Source: Mobula hypostoma (taxonomy: Eukaryota). Taken from it: a stretch of 64,000 nucleotides of DNA. Location: assembly GCF_963921235.1 (NCBI RefSeq), contig NC_086108.1:108378001-108442000 (forward strand), written 5' to 3'. Made by a program: the position numbers and the translations under genes. Position 1 is the stretch's first letter, and each line of letters opens with the position of its first letter. The notes under the pieces were generated by a model. It made no database searches and had not been told where the DNA came from. It saw only the letters and a list, made by a program, of their open reading frames with translations. Shown here in pieces: positions 1 to 13,593 of the stretch.

Positions 1-1069
1 CCTTCAACCACCCAACTCCCAAACTAGTGGAGCTGAAAGCATCAAGACCTTTGACCATCAGGTTCTCCAGGTCACTGAGGCACACAAGCCTCCAAACCAC
101 AATGATGTTGTGGTCTTCTTAGAGGTTAGGGTAGTATATGGTGACATATATGTACTGTGATAATAAAACTACTTTGAACTTTCATTTACATTTAAGTTAA
201 TTTGAATCGAAAAGGCCACCAGGAATCTGCTTTAAAGCGGACACTAAAAATGATGGAGTTTTTTTTTTCTGTCTGGTAACCCATCAAATCCTTTATAATT
301 AGTATCCATTTGTTTATCCAATCGCCCACCTCATCTCATCAAATATTGTTGCTTCTAAGGAAGGTCAGGTAGATTAGATGCATTTGTGATTGGTACTGTG
401 AATTTGTTAATGTAATTACATAGAAAGATGATGAATTATTTAACAATTGCAAAATTTGAATTTGGGCCTGCAGTGATTAGTCGTCTATATAAATGTCACT
501 GGTTATTTGAACAATGGACATAATTGTTTTCATTCTTTAAGAGAAGAGTGGTCAACTGATAATAATCGTTTCTAGTTTTGCTTTATGAGTTACAGAGAGA
601 GACAATGCTTTTATGGTTGGTGAAATTACTTGTCATTCTCACCCGTTCACGAGCAACTTTTATGTGTGAATGGGTATTTTGCCACTTTCATTATGTAGGC
701 CTGATCTAAGTGGCCAATTAGCCATTAGAAGCTCATTGTGTCTGCCAGCCAAGGAGTTCCAAGATGTGGGTTGTGATGAGGTGCAGGATGTAGAACAGAA
801 CAGTTTAGCATGATTTAGGCCCTTTGGACATCAAAGTTGTGCCGACCTTTTAACCTACTCCTTGGTTAATCTAACCCTTCCTTTGCACGTTGCCCTCTAT
901 TTCTCAGTCATCCATGTGTCCATCGTAAGTCCTTAATGTATCTGCCTCTACCACCACTGCTGGCCGTGCATTCCAGGCATCTGTGTAAAAAAAACTTCCT
1001 CTGACTGAATGTTCCTCCAATCACCTTAACATTATATACACAGATTCTATAGATCCTTGAAACCTGAGC

Positions 1070-2095
1070 AGTACCTCAAAAAGACAGTGTCCATTATCAA
1101 GGAGCCCCTTCAGCCATTGTTACCGTCAGGGAGGAGGTACAGAAGCCTGAAGGCACATACTCAGTGGTTCAGGAACAGCTTCTTCCCCTCTGCCATACGA
1201 TTCCTAAATGGACATTGAACCCATGAACTCAATTTATTTTTATATTATTTCAGTTTTTGGACTATTTTTAATCTATTTAATATACACACACACATATATA
1301 TACTGTAATTGATTGTAGTCCCCTGGTAAGCCTCAGGCTCGGTGAACTCGCTGTCTAGGCCTTCAGCCCCGCCAAACTAGGTAATTAAAGTTTGTGTGGA
1401 TGCTGTGTGATTGTACCCCACCCCGCCAAATAACAGACAAAACACCATATACGATTAATTGATTACAATTTATAGATATTACTGGAACTATATAATTAAT
1501 AGAGATAAAATATAAAAGGAAAATCAAAGGCACCAAACTTATCAAGTTCCATCTCTTCGTGCACAAACAGTTGGAACTCTAGTAACGATCGTCTCTTCAC
1601 CATTTGATCCCCCCTGACCATTTCAACCCGCCGCCTGGGACCAATCACGGTGGTCGACCAGATGTTCCACACGAGTCTGTCTCCGTCTCCTCTCCTCGCC
1701 GAACACCCTGGACCTCGGACTCCTGCTCAGGGTCCGACCCCGTTAGCCAGCTCACAGCACCGCGTCCACACTCTCTCTCTCCCCATCGTGCCTTCTGCCC
1801 CAAAAACCCGTGCATCACAATAGCTAACAGACACACAAGAAAGAATAACATCTATCCCAATTGGTTGGTTCGCTCTCTTATCAACAATGTAACCCAAACA
1901 AGCTGCTAGCGAGAGAACTTTCTCAGCAGTTAACATAACAAAGAAGCCATTTTATTTAGCCTACGCAGTAACACAAAAGAAGAAACCCCTTACAGATTTA
2001 TTGATTTACTTTTCTTTCTTTCTCTATTACCATGTATTGCATTGTACAAATTTCATGATACACGCCAGTGATAATAAACCTGATTCTGATTCTGA
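1070..2095 (+). mobile_element. Rex1/Babar-type LINE 3' fragment (split by the solo LTR)
   Basis: Encodes LPSGRRYRSLKAHTQWFRNSFFPSAIRFLNG and ends in (gattct)n. Related fragments at about 2500-2880(-), 3730-4140, 6020-6520(-; [20 protein letters not shown] motif), 28640-29240 and 57100-57670(-). Confidence 0.7.
1314..1994 (-). mobile_element. Solo LTR (Gypsy-like), about 680 bp, inserted in a Rex1-type LINE tail
   Basis: Termini TGTAG...TTACA (TG..CA), flanked by a gat(t)/gatt duplication; CpG-rich interior; host tail sequence resumes on both sides. Confidence 0.65.
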
Positions 2096-2183
2096 TGGTG
2101 AAATCCAGTATGGTACATACTGTTATTCCTGATAGAGTCGTTGGGTCATAGAACAATACAGCACAGAAACAGTCACTCTAGTG

Positions 2184-2263
2184 CAGGGGTTCAAAACCTG
2201 GGGTCCACAGACCCCTCGGTTAATGGTAGATGTTCATGGCATAAAACAGGTGGGGAACCCCTG
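2184..2263. mobile_element. 80-bp hAT (Charlie-like) MITE
   Basis: TIRs CAGGGGTTC...GAACCCCTG; 8-bp TSD ctctagtg (2176-83) / ctttagtg (2264-71). A second partial copy lies at about 19436-19506. Confidence 0.8.
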
Positions 2264-3382
2264 CTTTAGTGTATTGGGACAGGAATAGGAAAGAAGGGTG
2301 ATGATGAGGGGGTAGACTCTGTAATGGGTAACCTAAATATCACTGGAGTTAGAAAGCACAGAAACAGGCCCTTCCGCCCAACTCATCCATTCCATCCCTG
2401 GTGTCTTCCTGAGCGAGTCTGTTTGCCAGCCTTTGGCTCCTGTTCATGGTCCACTCTCACATCCCGATTAAAGATAAAATCACATCAATAGTGCAACAAA
2501 GTTCAAGTTTGTTTAATGTCATTTCCAGTACACAGGTGTAAAGGAGAACAAAATAATTGTTACTCCAGATCCGATGCAACACAAAAAAACCACAAAGGAT
2601 AAAGAACACAATTATAATAGTCAAATTCACACAATAATATAAATTATAAATACATAAAGTGACTGATGGAAATAATAAAATAGTGGTGGAGTTGGTGGCT
2701 GAAGGAGTCCATCAGCCTTCCTGCTTGGGGAAAGTAACTGTTTTTGAGTCTGGTGGTCCTGGTGTGGATGATATGTTGCCTCCTCCCTGATGGGAGATGG
2801 ACAGACAGTCCATGAGCAGGGTGGATGGGATCTTTCATAATGTTACTGGCCCCTTTCCTCCACCTTTTTGTATATTTGTCCCCGATGCTGGGTGCTGCTT
2901 GGCCTGCTGCGTTCACCAGCAACTTTGATGTGTGTTGCTTGTTCCAGTGACGCATTGGGTAGTTTTGACCACCAACAAGCAATAAACGGACTTTCAAAAT
3001 CTAATAGTTAATATTAAGAACTGGGGAAAGGATTTAACATTATTACAGAGGATGTGAAAATCCCTCTATCCTATTTAACAGTAGAATGTGTAAAAGTAGA
3101 GATCGCTCACACAATTTTTATACTATTTGCAATAAGCAGACCAAGTCTTTTAAGAAGTACCATGAGTTTCTCGCATGCAAATCAGGTGTTGTTCCTCTAA
3201 CCTGCATATAGCACTAACTTGACAATAGAGGAGGCCAAGGACAGATATTTTTACATTGGACTGGGAAGTGGACTTAAAATGCTTGGTCACCGGGATATCC
3301 TAGCCAGTGCAGTGGACAGAGCAAAGTTTTCCCAAAGCTCCTGTCGTCCTTTATGTTTGAAAGGGTGTCTTTCTTGTTTCAG

Positions 3383-3603
3383 ATCGCCTGCTCCATTTTT
3401 GCTGGGGTTCTACATTTCTTCTTCCTGGCTGCCTTCATTTGGATGTGCTTAGAAGGTGTGCAGCTCTATCTGATGCTGGTGGAGGTCTTTGAGAGCGAAT
3501 ACTCTCGGAAAAAATACTTCTACCTCTGCGGCTACCTCATTCCCGCTATTATCGTCGGAGTCTCAGCGGCCATCGACTACAAGAGCTACGGGACGAGGAA
3601 AGC
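3383..3603 (+). CDS. ADGRL2: ADGRL2 coding exon, TM3-ICL2-TM4 (221 nt, ends phase 2)
   Basis: Acceptor tttcag|ATC at 3381-82, donor GC|gtaagt at 3604. Translates [74 protein letters not shown], the latrophilin 7TM signature. Upstream exons lie outside the window. Confidence 0.97.
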
Positions 3604-4928
3604 GTAAGTTCATAGCTGACAGTTCCACTATTTGCCACTCAGTAGCTTCTGCTGAGTGTGTTGTTTAAGCTAAAGTTTACTGTATGCAGAGAAAATAGCA
3701 GCAAAACAGCCCCGTAGCCCATCAGTAAACTTCAGGTCCCCACCTATACCGGCCTCTGCTCCAAGGCCTCTCTCTACACTTCCCGCTGTCTCAGTAAAGT
3801 AGCCAGCATGATCAAAACCCATCCATCCCGGGCATTCCCTCTTCTCCCCTCTCCCATCACGCAAAAGATACAAAAGATTAAAATATGTACCACCAGGTTA
3901 AAGGGCAGTTCCTATCCCACTATTATGAGAATATCAAGTAGCTCCCTGGTATGATGAGATGGACTTGTCATGGCCTTACACCTTACTGTCTGCATGTACT
4001 GCACTTTCTCTCTTACTGTAGTGCTCTATTCTGCATTCTGGTATTGCTTTTCATTTACTACTTCAAAGCACTTACATTTAGAATGAACTTTCGGGACAGC
4101 ATGCAAAAGAAGTGTTTCACTGTACCTTGGTACATATAACTGTGCTGGCGGTTGTATGTTTTGTCCGACGATGACAAGAAACCTGTGCGGGAGAGTGTTT
4201 AAAAGGGGAACAGCTGTTGCACTGGTACAGTTCCACTCTCTTGACTTTGGAACTCCGGGTCCAGTGGTACAAACCAGCATCCCAACTAGGTCTTCCTTGG
4301 TTACAGTGGATGACGATGATGTCCTCTGTGTCTTGTCATGTCCTGCGCTCTCCTGGCAGTTGGATCTCACTGTAGATGCCATCCTCCAGAGATGACGTCA
4401 CAAACTAGAACAGGCAGGTCACTATCTCACCGGGGTACAAGGCCTCCAGCTACCCTCACCTGGTTTAGCCCGCCGGTTGAAGCAGCGTGCCGGGGCGCGG
4501 CTGCTGTCACGCGCGAACTACCTGGGACCATAGGTGAGACCAAAGTGTCCCTGAATGGACAATGACAAGCCCTTTGACCAGAGGGGCTACCCCTCCCTGG
4601 ACACCCCGTACAACCCACATGAGGCTATAATAAATCTATTACCGATTACTAACGAGAAAAAATCTGCTGGAAATCCGAGTAACGCACACAAAATGCTGGA
4701 GGAGCTCAGCAGGCCAGGCAGCATCCGTGGAAAAGAGTAAACAGTCGATGTTTTGGGCTGAGACCCTTCATCAGGAATCAGAATCAGGTTTAATAACACT
4801 GGCGTATGTTGTTAAATTTGTTCTTCTGCAGCTCGGTTCATTACAATGCATAATAATAAAAAAAATTAAACACTATAAATCACAATAAGCAATACGTATA
4901 TAATTTAAATTAAATAATTAGTGCAAAA

Positions 4929-5218
4929 CTTACTTGCTGCCCTGAATGTCAGTGGCGTTACACAGTACTGCACTCAGATGCAGAAGGATTCTTCATTGCC
5001 GTTTCCGCAGAATTCTTTTTCCCACTCGTCAGGGGTTGTTAACCCTGAGCTGAATCCCCGAATCTGGAGGATTGGTGTACCCCCTTAGTCTTGCCTCTAC
5101 CCTTTGACCTGTTTGGCATGGGTGACCCCATCAAGAGTCAAGCACAAAACCCTGACTCCGGCAAACATAGCTCTCCAAGTTATTGAAGCAAGCAAGCCTC
5201 CAAACCCTATGAGAAGGA
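4929..5218 (-). mobile_element. Short RTE/Expander-derived non-autonomous element
   Basis: The same 300-360-bp repeat occurs at 1-125 (partial), 26140-26450 and 56062-56425. On the minus strand an Expander/Rex3-like 5' UTR joins directly to an RTE-like 3' end. Confidence 0.55.
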
Positions 5219-5259
5219 GGGCCCTTTGGCCCATCTAGTACATGCTGAAACTATGCTGA

Positions 5260-5571
5260 AACGAGGGGTCACAGTTTGAGGATAGAGGGGAAGCCTTTTA
5301 GGACCGGGATTAGGAAAAACTTCTTCACACAGAGAGTGGTGAATCTGTGGAATTCTCTGCCACAGGAAACTGTTGAGGCCAGTTCATTGGCTATATTTAA
5401 GAGGGAGTTAGATATGGTCCTTGTGGCTACGGGGGTCAGGGGGTATGGAGGGAAGGCTGGGGCGGGGTTCTGAGTTGGAGGATCAGCCATGATCATAATA
5501 AATGGCGGTGCAGGCTCGAAGGGCCGAATGGCCTACTCCTGCACCTATTTTCTATGTTTCTATGTTTCTAT
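5260..5571 (+). mobile_element. Young CR1 LINE 3' fragment (5'-truncated), same subfamily as 30011-33258
   Basis: Near-identical to the reverse complement of about 30011-30318; (TTTCTATG)n tail; nested in an older CR1 tail. Confidence 0.92.
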
Positions 5572-6569
5572 TTAAACTGCCTACTCCCATCGACCTGCAC
5601 TGGGACCATAGTCCTCCAAACCCCCACCATCCATGTAGCTATCCAAACGTCTCTTAAATGTTGAAATCGAGCTCACATGCACCACTTGTGCTGGCAGCTA
5701 ATTCCACACTCTCACAACTCTCTGAGTGAAGAAGTTTCCCTTCATGTTCCCCTTAAACATTTCACCTTTCACTCTTAACCTGTGACCTCTTGTTATAGTC
5801 CCATCCAACCTCAGTCGAAAAAGTCAGCTTGCATTTACCCTATCTATACCCCTCATAAATTTGTATACCTCTATCAAATCTCCTCTCAATCGCATACAGT
5901 CTCAGGGATTAAAGTCCTAATCTATTCAATCTCCTCCAGACCCGGCAACATCTTGTAAATTTTCTCTGTACTCTTTCATCCTGATTTTCATCGTTCATTT
6001 GGGTAGGTGACCAAAATGTTGTGGCCCTCCTGCAGATATCAGTGCAAAAAGAGAGGATGAAATATAGTGAGGTAATGTTCATGAATTCATTGTCCATTGA
6101 GAAATCTGATGTCAGAGAGGAAGGAGCTGTTCCAAGGATCCAGTTGCAGAGGGAGGTAGAGAGGATCAGGTTTTGGAGCTTGTTGATTAGAACTGACGGT
6201 ATGATTGTATTGAATGTTGGACTGTAATCAATGAACAGTAACCTGCCCAGTAACCTGCCATAGATATTACTATTGTGCAGGTGATCCAGGACAGAGTGGA
6301 GAGCCAGTGAGATTGCATCTATTGTAGACCTGTTGCGGCGATAGGCAAACTTCAACAGGTCCAGGTCCAGGTCCAGGAGTTGATTCTGGCCATGACCAAC
6401 CTTTCAAAGCACTTCATCTCAGTAGATGTGAGAGCCCCTGGGTGAAATTCATTGAGGCAACTCACTCATCTCTTCTTGGGCACTGGTGTGATTGACACCC
6501 TATCACTGATGCACCAAGGCCAATTACTGGTACCAACCCTCCTGCATCTTTTAGGAACGTGGGAGGTAA

Positions 6570-8670
6570 TAAGACCATAAGACGTAGGAGCAGAATTAGG
6601 CCACCCAGCCCATTGAGCCTGCCCCGCTATTCCATCATGGCTGATCCCAGATGCCACGGAACTGTATACACATGCCTTCTCGCCAAAACCTTTGATGCCC
6701 TGACCAATCAGGAAACTATCAATTTTCTCTTTAAATATACCCTCGGACTTGGCCTCCACAGCTGTCTGTGGCAGAGCGTTCCACAGGTTCACTACTCTCT
6801 GGTTAAAAAAATTCTTCCTTACTTCTGCTCTAAAGGGTCACCCCTCAATTTTGAGGCTGTGCCCTTTAGTTCTGGACAACCCACCACAGGAAACATCCTC
6901 TCCACATCCACACTATCTAGTCCTTCCAACATCCCATAGGTTTCAATGAGATACCCTGATTTTTTTTCTAAATTCCAGTGAGTACAGGCCCAAAGCTGCC
7001 AAAAAAACCTCAAATGTTAATCCCTTCATTCCCAGAATCATCCTCGTGAACCTCCTCTGGACTCTCTCCAATGACAACACATCCTTTGAGAGGTATGGGG
7101 CCCAAAGTGTTGACAATACTCCAAGTGCAGCCTGACTAGTGTCTTATAAAGGGTCAGCATTATCTCCTTGCTTTTATATTCTATTCCCCTTGAAATAAAT
7201 GTCAAACATTGCATTTGCTTTCTTTACCACAGACTCAACCTGTAAATTAATCTTCTGGGAATCTTGCGCAAGAATTCCCAAGTCCCCCTGCACCTCTGAT
7301 GTTTGAACCTTCTCCCCATTTGGGTAATAGTCCGCACTATTATTCCTTTTACCAAAATATATTATCGTACATTTCCCAACACTGTGTTTCATCTGTCGCT
7401 TTTTTGGCCATTCTTCCAATTTGTGTAAGTCCTGCTGCAATTGCATTGCTTCCTCAGCACTACCTACCCTTCCACCTATCTTTGTATCATCACAAAGCCA
7501 TCAATTCCATTATCTAGGTGACTGAAAAACAATGTGAAATGTAATAGTCCCAATACAGACCCCTGAGGAACACCACTAATTACTGGCAGCCAACCAGAAA
7601 AGGACCCCTTTAATCCCACTCACTGCCTCCTGCCTGTCAGCTATTCCACTCTCCATGCCAGTATCTTTCCTGTAATGCCATTGGACTTCCTCTTGTTAAG
7701 CAGCGCCGTGTGCAGCAACTTATCAAATACCTTCTGAGAATCCAAATAAATAACATCCACTGCCTCTCCTTTGTCCACCCTACTTGTTGCTTCCTCAAAG
7801 AATTCTAACAGATTTGTCAGGCAAGATTTTCCTTTACAGAAACCATGCTGACTTTGATTTATTTTATCATCCATCTCCGAGTACCCTGAAACCTCATCCT
7901 TAATAGTGGACTCCCACACTTTCCCAGCCACTGAGGTTAGGCTAACTGACTAATAATTTCCTTTGCTTTGCCTTTCCCCCTTCTTAGAGAATGGAGTGAT
8001 ATTTGCAATTTTCCATTCCTCCAGAACTATGCCAGAATCAAGTGATTCTTGAAAGATCATGACCAATGCATCTGCTCCCTCTTCGGCAACCTCTTTCATA
8101 ACTCTGGGATGTAGTCCATCTGGTCCAGGTGACTTATCCACCCTAAGACTTTTTAGTTTACCTAGCACCTTTTCCTTTGTAATAGCAATGGCACTCACGG
8201 ACCTCTGGCACACAGCTAGTGTCTTCCACAATGAAGACTGATGCAAAGTGCTTATTAAGTTCATTTGCCATTTCTTTGTTCCCCAATTACTATCTCACCA
8301 GCATCATTTTTTCCAGTGATCCAATATCAACTCTCACTTCTCTTCTTTTTATATAAATGAAAATTTGTTCAGTATTGTGTTTCATATTATTGGCTAGCTT
8401 GCCCTCATATTTCATCTTTTCCCTTCTTGTGGTTTTTTTTAGTTGTCTTTTGATGGATTGTAAAAACTTCCTAATTATCGGACTTCCCACTCATTTTTTG
8501 CTACATTATGTGACCTTTCCTTGGTTTTTATGCAGTCCTTAACTTCCCTTGTCAGCCACGGTTGCCTACTCTTGACATTTGCCAATAACTTCTTCCATAG
8601 GACATATCTATCCTGCACCTTGTGAATAATTCCCCAAAACTTGAACCACCTGTACTCTGCCATCATCTGA
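6570..8670 (-). mobile_element. Decayed CR1 LINE (RT region), inserted in a Rex1 fragment
   Basis: Fragmented ORFs with DKSPGPDGLHPRV, SQHGFCKGKSCLTNLLEFFE and NLWNALPQ. Similar decayed copies at about 33667-35470(-), 41630-42490(-), 46480-47030(-) and 49400-50270(-). Confidence 0.85.
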
Positions 8671-10432
8671 GTCCAAAAGTGGTCACAGAGGGAACATGCA
8701 AATTCCACACACTGCAGTGTCAGAGTTGATATCTTTAGAGAAATGGATTTCAGGGAATATTTTGAAATTTTAAAAACCCACGGATCCAGTGGATTTCATT
8801 CCTTGATCAGAATTCTTTGGTTACCTGATTCAGTGGAGACACTTAAGAGATCATTCGATCGGCATGTGGATGGAAAATAATGAAAGCTCATGGGATTTTT
8901 AGAGGGAAGGGTTAGATTGATCTTGGAGTAGGTTTATATGGGCTGGCACTACATGATGGGCTGAAGGGCCTATACCCCATTATACTGTACACTGTTTTAG
9001 GCACCTATATGTAGCTAGGGATTTTTTTTCAGTACTGTAATAATTTTATGTATTGCACTGTACTGCTACAGCAAAAGGAAACATATTTCATGACATGTGA
9101 GTGATGATAAACCTAATTCTGATGAGGGTCTCTGTTGTGGACTGAGAGTGGGAATGGGGCTAGGTGAGGGGAATCACGGTTGGGCAAATGGAAAGGGAGA
9201 GGGGAGGGAGTGGGAAGCACCAGAGATTCATTCTGTAGTGATCAATCAACCAAATGTTTGGAATCAAATGAACTTGCTTGGTGTTTCAGGGCTGGGTGTG
9301 TCTGCATCCAAGCCACCACACACCCCTGGCACCCCTTCTCTGCCACCTGTTCCACACCCCTCCCGCGGCATTCCACCCTCACCATTCCCAACATCCTCTG
9401 CACTCTGCTTCACATTCACAAATATAGTACTGTGCAATAGTCAGGCACACACACAAAATGCTAGAGGAACTCAGCAGGTCAGGCAGCATCTGTGGAAAGG
9501 AATAAACAATCGACATTTCGGGCCAATACCCTTCATCAGTTCCTCCAACATTTGTGTGTGTTGCCTTGGATTTCCAGTATTTGCAGATCTTCTCATGTTT
9601 GCAATAGTCTTGGGTATCCTCACTATATATATATATATATGTGCTGAAGATCTTTGCACTAAAACTGTGCTGTTGTTCTAAAACTGACTGCATTGACTCA
9701 ATGCATAATTGAAACCTACAGATCAGATCCCAACATGCCACAAGCCTGTGTTATTGCAGAGGGTTCCATCTCTAAGTATGCTGATAGTTTGAGGACCACT
9801 AGGATCTTCTGTATTCATGGAGTCACTAATTACATATAAGTACATCATGCAAGCTAGTTCTTGCCTCTATTCTCTTGTTCTTTCTCTGTTGTGCTCAGTA
9901 TTTATTTCCTTCAAGTGGCATCTAATTCACTCATGAAATCATTGATCATCTCTGTTTCTGCGATTTCCACCCCCCCCCCACCCCATGCAGCGAGTTCCAG
10001 GTCATCACCACTCACCACTCAAAGCATCCAATATTTCTGATTCATGGCCCTCACTGGAGACACAAAAACCTGCAGATGCTGGAATCTGGAGAATCACACA
10101 AAGCACTGGAGGAACTCAGTGGGTCAGGCAGTATCCGTGAAAGCTAAATGGACAGTCCTGAAACATCAACTGTCCATTTCCCTCCATGGATGCTGCCTGA
10201 CCCACTAAGATCTTGCAGCATTTTGTCTATAGCTTCATCCCCTCACAGTTTCTTTTATCCCCGAACCTTAAATCATTTCCCCTTAATCCTTCTAACATGA
10301 ACTAATGAGAACATCTTTTTCTGCCTTACTTCAGCCCATCAAGGACACCCAATAAACACCAGCTAGCTAGTAAATGGGAATTTCCTCATGTACGGATTCT
10401 ATACTTAATGTACATCTGTCCTCTCCCTCCAG

Positions 10433-10499
10433 TTGCTGGCTTAGGAACGATAATCATTTCATCTGGAGTTTCATTGGACCAGTTACGTTCATCATTGTG
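10433..10499 (+). CDS. ADGRL2: ADGRL2 coding exon, ECL2-TM5 (67 nt)
   Basis: ctccag|T TGC TGG ... ATT GTG|gtaaga; encodes [22 protein letters not shown]; phase fits the previous exon (GC+T = Ala). Confidence 0.96.
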
Positions 10500-11396
10500 G
10501 TAAGATATTTTTTCTTTTGCTGATGCCATTTCTTTTTCTAGCTTGTGATCTGTTTTGCTGGTCACGTTTGGAACAGTTGAGTTGGTGTCCTGGGACTCTG
10601 CTAAGCCTGAAACAATAGCCTATATCAGCACAGAGCTCATAGGAAAGGAAGAAAACTTTCAACACGCATTAATACAGGGTGTGGTGTGCTTGACATTACA
10701 CCAACGTGCTGATTGACACTTCCATCTGCCATCAAGCTGATGTCTGTATGGTCTTGTATTAACGGGTCATTACGTACAGTGCAATGTAAGCCAGGAAACT
10801 GAGCTAATAACACCAAGGTCCTATTTTCTTTCAATAAAATCCCAAAGCACAAATATTTTTTGGCGATAACAAGTGTGAAGTTCATGCTATGCTACACAAT
10901 GGCTACAGAAGTTGATAGGGTGGTTACGAAGGCATATGGCATGTTTGCCTTTATTTGTTGAGGCACTGAATTCAAAAGTCGGGAAGTTATGTTGCAGCTT
11001 TACAAAACTCTAGTTAGGCTGCATCTGGAGTATTGCACACAGTTCTGGTCACCCCATTCTAGGAAGGATATCCAGGCTTTGGAGATGGTACTGAAGAGGT
11101 ATACCAGGATGTTGCCTGGATTATAGGGCATGTACTTTAACGAGAGGTTGAACAAACTTGAGTTGTTCAACCCACCTATTTAACCCAAGTGTAATCATGA
11201 CCAATTAATGTACTAACCCGTACGCCTTTGGACTGTCGGAGGAAACCAGAGCACCCAAAGGAATCCCGTGTGCTCATGGGGAGTAATGTACAAACTCCTT
11301 ACAGATGACATCTGAATTGAACTCTGAACTCTAACGCCCCCAGCTTTAATAACGTTGCACTGCTACACTACGATGGCACCCTTTGTCTGTGTGCGA

Positions 11397-13172
11397 TGTT
11401 ATGTTTTGCAACTTCAAAACATGAAACTAATTTAACAGAAGACACGAGAGTCAGAAATGTGGGTCTAATTTAATGTTTACTTTAAGGAAGGTGCGCATAT
11501 CATGAGGTGTGCAGTTCACATATTTATACACATAACCCATAATGAATTAAGTGAACAAGAATGCTTAATCAACCAATACATACAGTGCCATGCAAAGGTT
11601 TGGGCACCCCGGTCAAAATTTCTGTTACTGTGAATAGCTAAGCAAGTAAAAGATGACCTGATTTCCAAAAGGCATAAAGTTAAAGATGACACATTCCTTT
11701 AATATTTTAAGCATGATTACCTTTTTATTTCCATCTTTTACAATTTCAAAATAACAGAAAAGGAAAAGGGCCCAAAGCAAAAGTCTGGGCATCCTGCATG
11801 GTCAGTACTTAGTAACACTCCCTTTGGCAAGTATCACAGCTTGTAAAGGCTTCCTGTAGCCAGCTAAGAGCCTTTCAATTCTTGTTTGGGGGATTTTTGC
11901 CCATTCTTCCTTGCAAAAGGCTTCTAGTTCTGTAAGATTCTTGGGCTGTCTTGCATGCACTGTTCTTTTGAGGTCTATCCACAGATTCTCGATGATGTTT
12001 AGGTCAGGGGACGGTGAGGGCCATGGCAAACCTTCAGCTTGCGCCTCTTGAGGTAGTCCATTGTGGATTTTGAGGTGTGTTTAGCATCATTATCCTGTTG
12101 TAGAAGCCATCCTCTTTTCATCGTCAGCTTTCTTACAGACGGTTTGATGTTTGCTTCCAGAATTTGCTGGTATTTAAGTGAATTCATTCTTCCCTCTACC
12201 AGTGAAATGTTCCCCGTGCCACTGACCAAAGCATGATTGATCCACCCCGTGCATAACAGTTGGAGAGGTGTTCTTTTCATGAAATTCTGCGCCCTTTTTT
12301 CTCCAAACATACCTTCGCTCATTGCGGCCAAAAGGCCCGATTTTATCTTCATCAGTTCACAGGACTTGTTTCCAAAATGCATCAGGCTTGTTTAGATGTT
12401 ATTTTGCAAACTTTTGACACTGAATTTTGTGGTGAGGACGCAGGAAAGGTTTTCTTCTGATAACTCTTCCATGAAGGTCATATTTGTGCCGGTGTTGCTG
12501 CACAGCAGAACAGTGCACCCCCACTCCAGAGTCTGCTAAATCTTCCTGAAGGTCCTTTTCAGTCAATTGGGGGCTTTGATTTGCCTTTCTAGCAATCCTA
12601 CGAGCAGTTTTCTTAGTCTTCCAGACTTCAACTTACGAACTGAGGAAACAGCTACCTGAAAATGCTTTGCTATCTTCTTATAGCCTTCTCCTGCTTTGTG
12701 GGCATCATTTATTTTAATTCTCAGATGCTGGGCAGCTGCTTACAGGAGCCCATGGCTGCTGATTGTTGGGACAAGGTTTGAGGAGTCAGAGTATTTATAA
12801 AGCTTTGAAATTTGCATCACCTGGCCTTTCCTAACGATGACTGTGAACAAGCCATAGCCCTAACATGCTAATTAAGGTCTGAAATCTTGGTGAAAGTTGT
12901 CTGAGAGCTCAAATCTCTTGGAGTGCCCAAACTTTTGTATGGTGCTCCTTCCCTTTTTCACTCTAAAATTGTACAAAACAAAAATAATACACTAATCTTG
13001 CTTAAAATGTTGAAAAGAATGTTTCAGCTTTAACTTTATGACTTTTAGAGATCAGTTCCTCTTCTACTCACTTAACTATTCACAGTAGCAGCAATTTTGA
13101 CCAGGAGTACTCAAACTTTTGCATGCCACTATACATAAGATTGCTCAAATATTACTGAAATATTAAATGCAC

Positions 13173-13175
<3 letters not shown>
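11397..13175. mobile_element. Solo-LTR-like repeat (about 230 bp) split by the Tc1 element
   Basis: The two halves, 11397-11580 and 13134-13175, join to match an uninterrupted copy at 29503-29740; ends TGTTATG...CACAAC. Confidence 0.6.
11583..13131 (-). mobile_element. Tc1/mariner DNA transposon, IR/DR type, frameshifted transposase
   Basis: TA TSDs (11581-82, 13132-33). About 210-bp inverted repeats starting CAGTG(C/G)CATGCAAA.GTTTG with internal direct repeats (CAAAAGT(T/C)TGGGCA). Transposase remnants LQQDNDAKHTS and WPSPSPDLNIIENLW. Confidence 0.92.
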
Positions 13176-13209
<34 letters not shown>

Positions 13210-13277
13210 CCTTGCTGTCTTCAAACCGCCGTCTATAATCCTCACATTACAACAGAGACGACATTTTCAGAAAGTAG

Positions 13278-13593
13278 TAGTGGTATGGTAGCATCGTAGT
13301 TAGCCCAACACCTTACAGTACCAGTGACCCAAGTTCAATTCCCTTTGCTGCCTGTAAGGAGATAGTACGTTCTCCCTGTGACCGCGTGGGTTTCCTCTGG
13401 GTACTCTGGTGTCTGGTTTGCCCCCACAGTCCAAAGACGTACCAACTGATAGGTTAACTGACCATTGCAAATTGTCTTGTGAGTAGTCTAGGGTTAAACT
13501 GAGTGTTAGTCTAGGGCTAAATTGAGAGCTTGCTGGGCAGCACACCTTGAAGGGCCGGAAGGGCCTATTCTGCACTGTATCTCAATAAATAAA
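13278..13593 (+). mobile_element. tRNA-derived V-SINE (HE1-like)
   Basis: A/B-box-like head, central gggtttcctc.gggt.ctc.ggttt..cccacagtccaaagacgt domain, CR1-like tail. Other copies at 41229-41503(+), 11170-11380(-), 18130-18500(-), 48260-48470(-), 54410-54540(-) and 57830-57950(-). Confidence 0.75.
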
